Shown: one piece after another, positions 63,221 to 64,000 of the stretch
How positions within the stretch are numbered: the stretch's first letter is position 1
How the letters are laid out: each line of letters starts with the position of its first letter
Source of the DNA: Chiloscyllium plagiosum
Lineage: Eukaryota
Length of the DNA: 64,000 bases
Direction of reading: 5' to 3'
Assembly (NCBI RefSeq): GCF_004010195.1
Contig: NC_057757.1
Location: 8,590,300 to 8,654,299 of the forward strand
Made by a program: the position numbers and the translations under genes
Notes under the pieces: generated by a model
The model's input: only the letters and a program-made list of their open reading frames with translations
Database searches by the model: none
Told to the model about the DNA's origin: nothing

Positions 63221-64000
63221 TCAAGCTGAATTGCCCCATAGTGTCTACCGATGTGCAGGCTGGGTGGGTTAGCTCTGTTAATTAGGGTAGAGGGATGTGA
63301 CTGGGTGTGATCCTCTTTGGCGGGTCGTGTGAACTCCACAGGCTGAATGGCCTGCTCCCAAACTGCAGGGATTCTATAATCCATTCTGGATGAGAAGCAA
63401 TTGAAATGCCTTTTGTACCTGGCTTGGCCAAGGGCTCTAGCAGTGCAATGGCAGTGTCTCCACCTCTGAGCCAGGAGGGCCTGAGTTCAAACCCCACTTG
63501 CTCCAAGGTGTGTCATACCATCTCTGAGCAGTTTCCATTGGAAAGTACCCGGGGGGCTTCTGGTAGTCATGTCCTTGAGTTATGGAAGAACCATGTTTGT
63601 GTCCCACCTCCCACCAAGGGGTGTTAGAATATTGTGTTCACTCCAGAGAAGTGTAGGCTTTTGTTGTACATTCATACTATTTAGTTAACACGTTTGGGAG
63701 CAACCGTGGGATTATGGAAAGTGTTTCTGAGGGGACTACCATAGCTTTAGAAGGGGAGATAGGTAGTCAGTGTTATCACAAATCTTGACAAAATGAGAGA
63801 GAACATCAAAAATAAGGTAACTATCAATTATATCCTGTGTAACCAGGGAGAGTCCGCTTTATCACCATGAAATGTAAAACTCACTTTATTTACTGATAAA
63901 TCCTAACTTTAAAGAATTGCAACGTTCCTCTTGAAATTCCTTCATGTGTCTGTCCAGGAGTCTTACATTATCCGTTGTTTATCCAACAGTCTTTCACAGG

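Larger units (their letters stand above)
62865..63378 (+). mobile_element. HE1-like SINE hosting a palindromic insertion
   Basis: GGTGGGTCAGTGGTTAG head, GGTTAGGTGGATTGG core and GGCTGAATGGCCTG tail. Confidence 0.75.

Overview
Vertebrate genomic DNA with several assembly gaps. The repeat content (CR1 LINEs, HE1-type tRNA-derived SINEs, Penelope-like elements) suggests a cartilaginous fish, probably a shark; this is inference. The host genes are a tandem, same-strand cluster of four two-exon class A GPCRs of the GPR139/GPR142-like type. One is complete (57472-59638, 333 aa), one is open up to a gap (39693->43285), and two are pseudogenes (23373-25952, 32006-34284) lying in a ~7-8 kb tandem duplication. 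The rest is nested mobile DNA: many CR1 LINEs, a decayed Ty3/Gypsy pol, a degraded env-like gene with PPT and LTR, a non-autonomous hAT with TIRs and an 8-bp TSD, SINEs, and a 4.3 kb 28/56-bp satellite. At least six Penelope-derived insertions carry minimal hammerhead-ribozyme motifs, several as near-perfect palindromes. All calls come from reading the sequence; no database searches were run.
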